64,000 nt of DNA, from contig JABVCE010000012.1 of NCBI GenBank assembly GCA_014905635.1, forward strand, positions 558,001-622,000, in the 5' to 3' direction. The notes beneath the pieces are model-generated. The model did not search any database and was not told where the DNA came from. It saw only the letters and a program-made list of their open reading frames with translations. The stretch comes from Scenedesmus sp. PABB004. Lineage: Eukaryota. Positions within the stretch are counted from its first letter, which is position 1; the number at the start of each line of letters is the position of its first letter. Made by a program: the position numbers and the translations under genes. Shown piece by piece: positions 39,401 to 50,922 of this stretch.

Positions 39401-42400
39401 GGCGCGCTCCGCGGCCTCCGCGACGGCGACGCGCCAGGCGGCAAACGCGGCTGCGACGTGCAGGTTGGTCCAGCGCGCCGCTACGGCCGCGCCGGCCGCG
39501 CGGCGCCGCCGCCGCGCGGCCACGAACGAGCGCCAGGCGCCGAACGCTGCCGCCGCGTGCAGGTTGCGCCAGCGCCCCGCCAACGTCGTCAGCGCCGCCG
39601 CGCGGTGCCGCGCGCCGTCGACGACCTCGCGCCAGCCCCGGAATGCGGCGGCGAGGTGCAGGTGCGTCCAGCCGCGCGACACGGTCGCCACGAGGTCCGC
39701 CTTGCGCCGCCGCTCGGCGACAAACGCGCGCCACGCGCGCCACGCCGACGAGACGTGCAGGTTGGCCCACCGCGCGCCGACCGCGGCGTCGAGCCGCGCC
39801 CAGCGGCGGCGCTGGTCCAGCCAGCCCGCCCAGCCGCGCAGCGCGCGGCGCTGCAGCACGCGCCGCGCGAGCGCGTCCGCGTCGCGCTGCCGCGGCAGCG
39901 CCCACGCGGCGCCCGCCCAGGCGTGCAGCACGTCGGCGGCGAGGCGGCGGCCGGCCACCGCGCGCGCGGCGGAGACGGCCGCCGCGCCGCGCCGCCGCGC
40001 GGCCGCGCGCGCGTGCCAGGCGCCGAAGCACCGCGCCGCCGCGCCGCGCCGCCAGGTGGCGCCGGCCATGCGCGCCATCTGCCGCAGCAGCGCCGCCTCA
40101 CGCCACGCGTCCCAGCAGCGCGCGAGCTCGTCGCGCGCGAGCCGCACCGCCACGCCGCGCAGGCGGCCGGCGGCCTGGCGGCGCTGGTCCACCACCTCCT
40201 GCGCGGCCGGCGGCATGGGTTGCGTGTTAGGCGCAGCGAGCTGCGGCGTGCCCGCGCGGCCATTGCAGCGCCCGGCCTGGTCGCGCGGCCGCACCTGCCA
40301 GGCCGTCCACGCGGCCGTGAGCAGGCGCCGCCGCGCCTTGCCGCTGACGAGGGCGGCGGCAATGCCGCGTCGCTGCGCCACCAGCGTGGCCTCGCGCCAG
40401 CCGGTCAGCGCCGCCGCGAGCACGTGCCGCGTCCAGTGCGCCTCGACGCGGCGCGCCACGCCGGCGTCGCGCGCGAGCGCGTGCCAGCGGGAGAACGCGC
40501 CGGCGCGCGCACGCCGCGCCCAGCGCGCGTGCGCCGCCGCCAGCGCGACGCGGCGCGCCTGCTTGGCGTCCACCGCGTCCCTGCGCGAGCGCGCGCGTGA
40601 AGCCGGGTGGGCCGGCCGCGGACACGGGGCGGGCGCAAGCCACCAGCAGGCCCCCACAAGCCCCTGCGGGTGCCGGCGCCGCCAGCATCCCCCGCGGCGT
40701 CCCTTCTCCGCCCGCCCCGGCCCCGATAAACTCACTTCCAGGCGTTGAACGCCTTGAGCAGCGTGCCGTTGCTCTGCCGCGCGCCCACGACGGCGATCAC
40801 GTGCCGCCGGTACGCCGCGACCTGCGCGGCGCGGCGCCAGCCGCAGAACGCTGCGCGGCGCCGCGCGCGCGTCGCGTGCGCGGCCGCCATGGCGACGCCG
40901 CGCCGCCGCCGCGCCGCGCCGGCCGCGGCGTCCTGCCAGGTGAACAGGGCGACCGCGAGCAGGCGGCGCTGCCAGAAGAGCAGCGCGCGCGAGAGGTGGC
41001 GCCGCGCCGCGCGGCGGCCGGGCACAAACGCGCGCCACGCGTCCCACGCGCCGCGCAGCGCCTGCGCGCGCCGCGCCCCGCCAGCTGGCGCGACGCGGCC
41101 GCGAGCCGCGCCCCGCGCGCCGCCTGGGCGCGCCAGGCCTCCAGCGCGCCCGCCAGGCGGCGGCGCCGGAAGTGCGCCAGCACCGCGCGCGCCACCTGCG
41201 CGCGCGCCGCGTGCTCCTGCCACGCGCTGAAGGCGTGCGCCAGGTAGGCGCGCTGCCGGTGGAGCAGCGCGGCGTGCAGCGAGCCGCGCCGCCCCTGCTT
41301 CAGCGCCGTCCACTGGCGCCACGTCTGGAAGCACAGCCGTTTGCGGTTGCCGCCCCACGCCATGAGCGCCCTGCGCCGCGCGGCGCGCGCGGCCGGTCAG
41401 GCGCCGCCGCGGCCCCGCCGCCGGCCGCCTGGCCCTCGCCCCAGCCCTCCCTGCGAGCGCGCTCACCTCAGCACGCTGGCGCCCTTCCACTGCCGCAGCC
41501 GCACGACGTCGCGCCAGCCGCCAAACGCCGCCGCGAGCAGCCCGCGCGCAGCGCCGCGCCCACGCCGTCCAGCACCGCCCTGAAGCCCCGCCCCTCGTCG
41601 GCGACGCGCCGCCAGCTGCCCAGCACGGCCGCCGCGAGCTGCGCCGCCGCAAAGTGGCGCGCGGAGCGTGTGTGGCGCTTGCGCAGCGCGTGCTCCCTGC
41701 GCGCCAGAGGCGGCGGTGGCGTGCGCGTCGGTGGCGCCACGAGAATCGTGCGGCCCGCCAGCGCGGCGCGCCGCCCTGCCTCCGCCCGCTGCGGCAGCGC
41801 GGCGCGCCCGGGCACGCACCGGAGCTTGCAGAACGCCCACGCCTGGCTGCGCCCCGCGAGCAGCGACATGACTGCGCGCGCGCGGCGCTGCAGGCCCGCA
41901 TGGTGCAGCGCCCAGCTGCGCCACTGCTCAAACGCGCGCGCCGCGGTGAGCTGGCTCCAGCGCTGCAGGCTGGCCGTGACGAGGCCGCGCAGGCGCGCGC
42001 GCCGCGCCGCCTCGGCGCGCCACGCCGCCAGCACCTGCTGCTGGCGCGTCAGCGCGGCGTGCAGCCCCGCGCTGCGGCGCGCGGGGTGTGGCGGCAGAGG
42101 GCGGGGGTCGGGGTTGGAGCGCCCGCGCGCAGTGGCCGCCATCCGCCGCCTCACGCCTGCCGCGTCCCGTCACCCGCCCGCCCGCGCCGCTCACATCTCC
42201 AGCCGCTCGCGCTTGACCCGCAGCCGCGCCGCCTGCTCGCGCCAGCCCCGCAGCACCGCGACCTGCAGCTCCGCCTGGCGGCCGAGGGCAAAGAGCGCGG
42301 CGCGCTGGCGCAGCTCCTGGGCCTCCGTCCAGACGCTGGCCCACGTGGTGAGCGCGAGGTCGAGCAGCCGCAGCCCGCTGTACGTGTCCGCGCGCAGCAG

Positions 42401-45400
42401 CCGCTCCCGCCTGCAAGACACAAAACGGCGGCGGCGGCGGCGGGGTGGCGCGGCCGGCCTGCGCGAGGCAACGGCGCCGGCGCGCTGCAGCGGCGGGCCG
42501 CCGCGACGGGGCGCCGCAGGCTCACTTCCAGCGCCACGCCTGGGCGCGCGCAGTCCAGGCGGCCAGCGCGCGGCGCGTGAGGCCCTGCTCCCAGAGCAGC
42601 AGCGCCGACAGAGCGTTCATGCGCCGCGCCACGCGCTGCGCGAGGAAGCCGTGCCAGGCCGAGAAGTGGACCGCCAGCACGCGGCCGCGCCTCGCCTGCA
42701 GCAGGCCCGCCAGCAGGCGCCGCAGCTCGCCGCGCCGCGCCGCGACGCTCGCCCAGGCGCGCAGCACGCCGGCGGCGCGCCGCCGCGCCATGTGCTGCGC
42801 CGCGCCGGCCTCGAACACGCGCCAGTCTGCCCGCTGGTCCACGCGCGCCTTCCAGTGCCGCACGCAGCGCCGCAGCAGGCTGTGCTGGATGGTGGCCGCC
42901 GCCTGCGGCGCCGGCGCCGGCGCAGTGCGTCGTGGGCGGGTCGGCCGGCCGGCGCGCCGCGGCGCGCCGGGACGCAACGGCCGGGGCTGCCCCCTCTCTC
43001 CGCGCCGCCGCACCTGGACGAGCTTGACCTTGCTGTGCAGCGCCGCGCACCATGCGTCCACGCCCTGCTGCCACACGCGCGCGCGGTCGTGCGCGGCGAG
43101 CTCCGCGAGCTGCGCGCGCTGCTCGCGCCGCCGCAGCACGTAGCCGCGCCAGGCCGCCCAGGCCGTGCTGAGCTGGCGCCGCAGCACCGCCGTGGCGATG
43201 GCAAGCATGGCCGCCTGGTGCCGCCGGCGCAGCGCCACGAGCTGGCGCGCGGCGCGGAGGAGGCGCGGCTGGGTGAGCCGGGCGCAGCACGACCGCGCCG
43301 CCGCTGCCGGGCCGGGCCGCCTAGCGCGCGCTGCGCCGCGCGCGCACCTGCTGCCAGGCGCGGAGCGCTGCGCGGCCGGCCGCCAGCAGCGAGAGGCGGC
43401 GGCAGCGCTCCTCCAGCTCTGCGAGCTCCGCGCGGCGGCACACGAGGCCGCGCCAGGCGCCAAAGCACCTGCCGAGCGTGAAGCCCGCCATGTGCTCCAG
43501 CGCGTGCAGCTCCAGGTCCTCCCGCGCCTGCCTCAGGCCCACCCAGCGGCGCCACCATGCGAGCGCGGCGCCGCCGCGGCGCGCCAGCGCTCGCTCCCAC
43601 GCGCCGTCGGAGAGCTGCTCCAGCGCGGCGCGGATGTCCAGGGCGTGGCCCCAGTGCGCGAGGTGCTTGGTGAGGCAGGCGCGTCTGGTGGCAGCGAGCG
43701 TCGAGCGGGCAGAGCAGGCCTCAGAGCGCGGCGCGACGCAACGCGCAGGCAGGCGCGCAGGCGCGCGGGCCGCCAGCGACGGGCCGGCCACCTGAAGTGC
43801 TGCGCGGCGACGCGCTTGGCGCCGTTGACGGCGCGCCGCTTCGCGGCATAGTCCCGCAGCACACGCCACACGCGGCGGCGCTCCCGGGCGCCCAGCGCAG
43901 CCTGCGCGTCGCGCAGCCGCCGCCGGCTGGCCCGCTTTGCCGGCGCCCAGAGCCGCCAGTGGCGCAGCGCCTGCGGCGGCGGCGGCGGCGCGACGGCGGG
44001 GCCGTCGGCGCGCGCGCGGCGCCGCTCGGGCGTGCGGCGGGCGGCGGGCGCGGCGCTTTGCGGCGCAGCGCTCACCCGGCGCAGCGCCGCGTGGCGGCGG
44101 CTGCGATACACCACGCGCATGAGCCCGTGGTGGGGGCTGGCCGCCTCAAACGCGAGGCGCCACTTGCTCCACGCGCCCGCCTGCACGTGCTGGACGTGGT
44201 GCCACGTGAGCAGCGACTGCGTGTGCGCCGCGTCGCGCCGGGACGCCACGAGGCCGCGCCAGGCGGCGAGCGCGTAGCCCGCGACCAGCCGGCCGCTCGG
44301 GTGCGCCCGCAGCGCGGCCGCGGCGCTGGTGGGCGCCCGCAGCTGCGGCTGCGCCGCCAGCAGGCGCGCGATGCCCGCGAGCGGCGAGCAGGGGCGCTCC
44401 GGCGGCGGCGGCGGCGGCGCCGCCGCCGCCGGCGCTCCGCCCGCGCCGTCCGCGCCTGCTCGCGGCGGCGGCTGCTGCTGCTGCTGCAGCTGGACCGCGG
44501 CGCGCGCCTGGCGGTAGTGCCGCGCCATCGACTGCCACCAGCTGAAGGCGTGCAGCAGCAGCCAGCGCTGATCGCCCGCGCCGCGCGACACCGCCGCGTC
44601 CGCCGCGTGCCGCCGCCAGCAGGCGAAGCAGCGCCACGCCGCATGCACCTCCCAGAACGACATCGCCAGCCGCCAGCGGTGCTCCGCCGCTGCCAGCGCG
44701 TCCCTGCGCGCGCGGCGGGTGCGGCGGGGCGGGGCGGGGTGAGGTGGGGCTGGCAGCACGCGCAGCGCGGGGCGGGGCGGGGCGGGGCGGGCCCGCGCGC
44801 GGCGCCGCGCGCGCCGGGCGCGCGCGCACCTCGGCTCGCCCGCCGCGCCGGCGAGCTGGCGCGCCCAGCCCTGCTGCTTCGCCATGCGGCGGGCAAAGTC
44901 GACATACTGTGCGAGCGCCAGCCCCGACAGGTGCGACGCCGCCGCCTCGCCCCGCCAGGCCGAGCCCGGGCGGGCGGCCACGGGTGCGCGCTCCGCCGCG
45001 GCCGCCGCCGCGGCGAGCGCGTCGGTGCTGCGCGCCGCCGGCCAGAGCCCCGGGCTGAAGCAGTGCTCTGCCGAGGCGGCCGCCGCGGGCGGCTGGAAGC
45101 CGGCCCCCGCCGCGGCGGCCGCCACCGCCGCGGCGCGCTCCGGCGACGCGGGGCGCGCGACCTCGCACACGGGGCTGCTCCAGGCGGCCGCGCAGAAGCT
45201 GCCGTCCGCGCTGCCCGCGCGGCCCCCCGCGCGCGCGCCGGGCGGCGACGCCGAGCGCGAGCGCTGCCGCCACGCGTCGCCGGGGGCGCGCCGGCGGCGC
45301 AGCCGCAGCCGCCCGGCGGCGGGCTCGCCGAGCGCGCGCGCGGCGCCTGGCGCGGCGAGCCGCGCCGGCCCGCCTCGACCGCCGCCGCGGCGCCGCCGCT

Positions 45401-46191
45401 CCGGAGCCCCGCGGCCGCCAGCGCGGCCGCGACGGCCTCCGTCGCGGCGTCGACCGCCGCCGACGCGGCCGCGACCGCCGCCGCCCGCCCGGGCTGCGCC
45501 CCGGGCTGCGCCGCGGCGCGCGGGCGCGCGGGCTGCCGCGGGCCCCCGCGCCGCCGCCGCCGCCGCCGCCGCGCCGCGCGGCGGCGAGCTTGGCGTGCCA
45601 GTCGGGGCGCGGGTCAAGGCTGAGCTGCAGCAGCAGGCGGTAGACAGCCACGTCCTCCGCCGGCGCCACGCCGTGCGCGGGCAGGACCGCCTCGTACGCG
45701 GCGAGCAGCCGCGGCAGCGTCACCGCGCCGCCGCCGTCGCCGCGCCCGGCCGCGTGGTCGGCGCGCGCGGCGGCCTCCGCGGCGCGCAGCACCGCCTCCA
45801 CGACGCCCCAGTCGTGCGCCGACGGCGGGTCGCCGGCGCCCGGCTCCTCCGGCCCCGCAGGCGCGTGGGGCGGCGCCCCGGGGGCTGCTCCAGCAGCTGC
45901 ACGTCATACCTGCGCGCGCGGCGCGGCGCGGCGCGGCGCAGCGCGGCGCGCGTGCTCGGGGCCGCACGAACGCGCGCGCGACAGCCGACGGCCGGCCGCG
46001 GGCGCGCCGCCGCAGCGGCTGCGGCGCCCGCACCCGCCTCCCACGCGCTCCAGTCTGACCGGAGAGCCCCCCGAGCGGCGCGGCCGCTTGGCCTGCGGCG
46101 GCGGCGACGCGCGCGACAGCAGCGGCCGCGTCGGCGGGGCCGCCGCGGAGCCAGGGAGCGGGGTGCCGCGGTGCGGCCGGCCGTGCACCAT
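33467..46191 (-). CDS. SFI1: Very large Sfi1-like centrin-binding repeat protein (basal body/centriole), multi-exon; both ends approximate
   Basis: Dozens of ~33-aa repeats A..hW...l...aF.aWr (e.g. ARWANLHVSSAWRAWR, RGWTHLHLAAAFRGWR, GRWRNLHAAAAFGAWR) and an N-terminal block TLPRLLAAYEAVLPAHGVAPAEDVAVYRLLLQLSLDPRPDWHAKL resembling the N-terminus of algal/fungal Sfi1-like proteins. Several apparent indels in GC tracts. Start and stop are tentative. Confidence 0.78.
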
Positions 46192-46710
46192 CCCAGTGCG
46201 CCTGCCGTGCCTTCAGCACCCCGCACCTCGCCTCCGGCCGCGGGCCGCGCCCTCGCAGGCCGCCCCATGCTCAGGGAGGCCCGCCCCCAGGCGCGGGCAG
46301 CGCCCCCGGCAGGCCGGGCGGCCGCCTGCAGCCGTCCAGCTGCGCTCTGAGCACGCCCATGTGCGTGGAGCGGGCGTGCGGGCGCCGCAGGCGGCGCGTC
46401 GTCGACGCGGCGGCGCAGGCGGGCGGCGGGGGCGACGCCGCGCGCCCGAGATCGCGATTCGGCGCGCGCTGAGCGAAGCTGCGGCGACGCTGGTGCCGCG
46501 GCCGGGCGGGGCGCCCAGTCTGAGCGCCGGCGAGAGCGGCGGCCAAAAAAGTCAAAGTGTTAGACCGGCGCCGCCTGCACGGCCGCAGCCGCTCATCCTG
46601 CGAGTCCCTCTCGCCACCGCGGGCCCCTGCTCCCCCCCGGCACGCGCGCGCGTGAAATTGGTTGGCATTCCGCGAAAACAAAATCGGGCCCAGCGCCGCC
46701 GCCCGGGTCG

Positions 46711-47904
46711 TCACATGGCAAAGCCCATGACCGGCAGGCCCGCGCTCGGCGCGGGGCTGCCCGCGGGCGGCGGCGCGCGCGCGGGCTGCCCGGGAACGCC
46801 AGCTGCTGCTCGGGCGGGCCGCCGCCGCCAAACGCGCCGCCGCCCTGGCGGCCGGGAGCCCCCCGGGGGCTCGCCGCGGGCGAGGCGCCCTTGAGCAGCG
46901 GGCTGCCGTAGCGGCAGGGGAAGGGGTTGTCCGGCGTGAAGCCGCCTGCGCGGCGCGCGGGCGACGGGCGACGGGCGCGGCGGGGGCGGGGCGCGGCGGG
47001 GCGGGGGGGGGGGGGGCGGTGAGGCGCGGCACGGCGCGGCCGCGCGCCACTGGCAGGCGCCCGCGTCGGCAGGCGCCCGCGTCGGCAGGCGCCCGCGTCG
47101 GCAGGCGCCCGCGTCGGCCGGCGCGCCGCGCGCGCGCCGCGGCGGCTCACACGCGGGCACCGCGGAGGGCGGCACGAAGATGCTCATCGGCGGCGGGGAC
47201 GCGCTGCACGGCAGCGGGCTCCGCGGCGGCGACTCCGGCACCCGCGCCGGCGCGCCCGCCGCCGCCGCGGGGAGCGCGCGCCACGCGGCCGCGAGCGCGG
47301 CCGCCGCCGCGTCGTCGCCGCCGCCGCCGGCCTGGTCGCCGCCGCCGGGCGGCGCCTCGCCCGCGCCGGCTGGCGCGAGGCTGGCGTCCATGACCAGGAT
47401 CGACGGCGCCGCGACCGCGACGCCCTTGGCGTCGCGCGCGCCGCCCGCGAGCAGGGCATCTCGCCGCCCATGGGGTAGCCGTACACGGGGCGCTGGACGC
47501 GCTGCCGGCAGTCGGCGCACACGAACGGCAGCCAGCTCAGCGGCGCCGCCGCGGCGAGCAGCGCCGCAAAGCAGGCCCACCCAAACGGGGTGAGCCGGCA
47601 GCCGCCGGCCTGGCGGAGCAGCGGCAGGGCAAAGGGAGGGCAGGCAGGGCAGGCAGGGCAGCAGCAGGGCGGCAGCGGGTCGGCGCCGCGCCGGCGGCGC
47701 AGCAGCGCGCAGCAGCAGCAGTACGGCGCGCGCGCAACCGCTCGCGCCGGCGCGCAGCGCGCGCGGCCGCCGCCGCCGCCGGGACACACGCACCAGCTCC
47801 ACCTCGTAGCCCAGCAGCACCTCGCCCGCGCGCTGCGGCTGCGCGGGGGGCAGGAGGGGCACGCCCGGGAGCGGCTGCTCGGCCGCGCCCAGCAGCCTGC
47901 CCAT
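46711..47904 (-). CDS. Small membrane protein of unknown function (VLLGYE...hydrophobic hairpin...C-x2-C...QRPVYG) with Pro-rich tail
   Basis: ATG 47904 MGRLLG..EVLLGYEVEL; second exon CRLTPFGWACFAALLAAAAPLSWLPFVCADCRQRVQRPVYGYP; later exon GGFTPDNPFPCRYGSP. Requires indels at CG tracts ~47435 and ~46778 to reach the TGA at 46711. Confidence 0.5.
   Translation of the reverse strand: MGRLLGAAEQPLPGVPLLPPAQPQRAGEVLLGYEVELVRVSRRRRRPRALRAGASGCARAVLLLLRAAAPPARRRPAAALLLPCLPCLPSLCPAAAPPGRRLPAHPVWVGLLCGAARRGGAAELAAVRVRRLPAARPAPRVRLPHGRRDALLAGGARDAKGVAVAAPSILVMDASLAPAGAGEAPPGGGDQAGGGGDDAAAAALAAAWRALPAAAAGAPARVPESPPRSPLPCSASPPPMSIFVPPSAVPACEPPRRARGAPADAGACRRGRLPTRAPADAGACQWRAAAPCRASPPPPPPPRRAPPPPRPSPVARAPRRRLHAGQPLPLPLRQPAAQGRLARGEPPGGSRPPGRRRVWRRRPARAAAGVPGQPARAPPPAGSPAPSAGLPVMGFAM
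47052..47118. repeat. 16-bp tandem repeat (GGCAGGCGCCCGCGTC) x4, intronic minisatellite
   Basis: Four perfect adjacent copies without spacers. Confidence 0.92.
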
Positions 47905-48255
47905 GGCGCCCCCGGAAGCTGCTCCGCGCCCTGGCCGCGGGTCACCGGTCACGGAGGGGCATAGCTGTCGGCGCGCCGGGGCGCCGGCGCGCGGGGCGGG
48001 GCGGGGGCGAGGGCCTGCGCGCGAGAGGCTGGGACGTGGGCCGTGTGAGCGCGGAGGGAGAGCACAGCGGCGTCAAAGCACAGGGGCGTGGCGCTGCGGG
48101 CCTGTGGGGGCGTCGTGGGCGAGCAGGCAGGGGGACTGTTGCCAGTCAATCGGGGCTTTGCTCGGGCCCCCTGAGCTCCTATTCGCGTCCCCGCCGCGTC
48201 TGTGAGGCGCACTGCACACCACCGCCCACCTCAGCATCAGCATCCAGCTCCCGCC

Positions 48256-49058
48256 ATGCGCGCCGCCGCCTCTCCGCCGGCCGCACGCCTGGCCGCGCCG
48301 CCGCGCCGGGGCGCCGCCGCCGCAGCGGCGCCGCCCCCGGCCCGGCGGTGGCGCGCCCAGCTCCGCCGCCTGCCGGGACCGGCGCGTGCAGCGGCTGAGG
48401 ACAGCGGCAGCAGCGGCGGCGGCAGCGGCGGCAGCGGCGGCAGCAGCAGCTGCTGCTGCAGCAGCGGCGGGAGCGGAGCCGGGCGCCGCGCGCTGCTGCT
48501 GGGCGCCGCAGCGGCGGCGGCGGCGGCCGCGGCGCCACAGCCGGCGCACGCGGGCCTGCTGGACCTGCCGGCCTGCGCCGACTTCAGGCCCGCGGGCCCG
48601 CTGCAGCTGTGCGAGGTGCGCGTCGGCACCGGCGACCCGCCCGCGGCGGGCGACCTGATCGAGGTCGACTACACCGCGCGCGCGGCGGCCACGGGCAAGG
48701 TCTACGACGGCAGCCGCGGCTTCAAGTTCACCGTCGGCAACGGCGAAGGTGAGCTGCCGGCACGGCGGCGCGCGGCGCGCGCCAGCCTCCCCCCCCCCCT
48801 CTGCCTCCCTTGAATGCACCGCGCCCCGCGCGCCGCGCCCGCGCAGTCATCCCCGGCTGGGAGCTCGGCATCCTCGGCGACGGCAGCGCCGCGCTGCCGC
48901 CCGTGCGCGCCGGCGGCACGCGCACGCTGCTCGTCCCGCCGGACCTCGCCTTTGGCGCGCGCGGCGACAACTGCCTCTTCGGTCGCGCGCAGAGCTGCCG
49001 CGTGCCGCCCGGCTCGGCCGTGGTCATCACGTTTCGGTTCGTCGGCCTCGGGTACTGA
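48256..49058 (+). CDS. Thylakoid-lumen FKBP-type peptidyl-prolyl isomerase (FKBP13/FKBP16-2-like), 2 exons
   Basis: Transit peptide, Tat signal GRRALLLG..AHA; FKBP core EVRVGTG..GDLIEVDYTAR..GKVYD..FTVGNGE|VIPGWELGI..GGTRTLLVPPDLAFGARG; N- and C-terminal Cys pairs as in redox-regulated FKBP13-type proteins. Confidence 0.88.
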
Positions 49059-49186
49059 CTGACCACGCCGAGGTGGTGATCGAGGTGGTGACTCATCGCG
49101 CTTGGGTCTGCCCTCGGCCGCGCGCGCGGCCGAGGCGCGCGGGTCGGCGCGCGCGACAACGTTGCGACTCGCCGCGCGCGCAGCCG

Positions 49187-50179
49187 TCAGCTGTCGTCCG
49201 GTGAGTCAGGCTGCGCCCGGATCCACGCGGCCACGGCCTCGTGGCCGCGCTGTGCCGCCACGACCTCACACTCGCTGCGCCACCACAAGCAGCCGTGTGC
49301 ACGCAGCCAGCGCAGCGCCTCCAGCTGCCCCGCCTCAGCCGCCCGCCTGCATACAAACTCGTCCCACAGCGCGGGCGGCGTCTGCGGGCGCAGCCAGCGC
49401 AGCATCTCCAGGTCGCCGCGCTCCGCAGCCCAGTAGCACACCCAGTCGTCCCACGGCAGCGGCGGCGTCTGCGCGCGCGCCCAGCGCAGCACACCCAGCT
49501 GCCCGCCCCTGGCTGCTCCGCAATACACGCTCCCCAGACAAAGCCCCTGGCCGCGCGCCCACTCCAGCACGGCGAGCTGGCCGTGGTATGCTGCTGTTGC
49601 CAGGCACACGTCCTCCACGTAGCAGCCGGCGCCGTGCAGCCAGGCCACGCCCACCACGTCACCGCATGCAGCGCGTGCCTTGGCCAGCCGCTGCTGCTGC
49701 TGCCAGCCACCCTGCACCGCCCGCCACGCCTCCTGCACCGCCGCGAGCGGCAGCTCGGGGCAGCGCAGCGAGACGACTGTGGCGCCGCGGAAGCGCTCGC
49801 GCGCCGCCCTGCAGACCAGCTTGGCGGCCCACGCCTGCAGGGCCGGCGGCAGGAAGCTCAGGACGTGGAGCACGAGCGGCTCGGGCAGCTCTGGCAGCGA
49901 CCTGCGGGCGGCGCGGGCGGGCGCGCGGGTGCGGCGGTGAGGCAGCGGGCGGCGCGTGCTGGACCTGGTTGTGGCTCGCTGCTCGGCGCCTGCCTGGCCA
50001 GCAGCGGCAGCCGGGGCGCCCCCAGCAGCAGCAGCAGAGCGCGCTCACCTCCCCGCCTCCTCGCCAGCGGGCGCCTTGCGCTGCGCTGCCGCTGGCGCCG
50101 CCGCGCTCGCTGCTGCTGCGGCAGCCTGTGCGCGTGTGGTCGGCCCGGCGCGCCGCTTGCCGTCTGGCGCAGCAGAAAA
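49187..50179 (-). pseudogene. F-box/ankyrin copy E; start codon replaced (ATG to TTT), otherwise open
   Basis: GCCTTTTCTGCTGCGCCAGAC versus GCCATGTCTGCTGCGCCAGAC in copies C and F; an in-frame TAG upstream blocks an earlier start. Exon 2 ([28 protein letters not shown]) is intact. Confidence 0.6.
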
Positions 50180-50727
50180 GGCGTCGGCTGTGCCTGCCAC
50201 CAGGGAACAGGGGGCGGCGCTGGCAGCACGCGAGCGCGGCGTGAGCGCGGCAGCAGCAGCGCGAGCGGTGCGCCGGTCCTGGCGCGGCGGCGGGCCTGCC
50301 AGCGGCGCCCGGGGCGCGCAGGCCCAGCTGAACTCGCGACACGCCCGCCCGCCGCGCACCGCCGGTGCCCCCGCCGCCCGCAGCGGGCGCCGCGCAGCGC
50401 TGCCGCTGCTGCTGCCCTCCCCGCCTGCCCGCGCGCCCGGCTCGCCTGAAGCTGCGTCGGGCGGCACGGTCTAGTCACCAGGCGCCCGCAGGTCCGCGCC
50501 CCGCCTGGCCAGGGGCGCGCCGTGGGCGGGGCGGGCGCGGGGCGGCGGCGGCGCGGTGCGTGCGGGCGCTGTGTGGGCGAGGCCGGCGCTTGTGCGTGTG
50601 CGTGTGGCGGGGGGCTGAGGGCGGTGGCTGTGGGCGTCGGCGGGGCGGCGCGCGCGGGAGGCTCCTCGGCGGCGGTCGCGGGCAGCCGGCCGGGCGGCGC
50701 CTGCGCCCTGGGCCCTGCACCGCCGCC
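49187..50727 (-). repeat. F-box/ankyrin cassette copy E (whole unit)
   Basis: Aligns with the other copies; 50581-50727 is identical by eye to 59210-59356 of copy F. Confidence 0.9.
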
Positions 50728-50922
50728 GCCCGCAAGCGCTGGCGGCGCGGGGCGCAGCGCGGGCCAGCGCCGCCGCCAGCGCTTGCGGCATGGTCAGCCG
50801 GTTGCCAGCGCGCGCGCCCCTCTCGCCGCCGCCGCCAGACCACCAACTCGCGGGCCGCTGCCGGTGTCGCTGCCTCGTTCGTTCAAGCACGCCGCCGCGC
50901 CGCGCCCGTCGCGCCGCCGCCG

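Noticed and set aside
47052..47118. 16-bp repeats (and 33225-33299) as CRISPR arrays
   Set aside because: No spacers, eukaryotic context and no cas genes; they are minisatellites.
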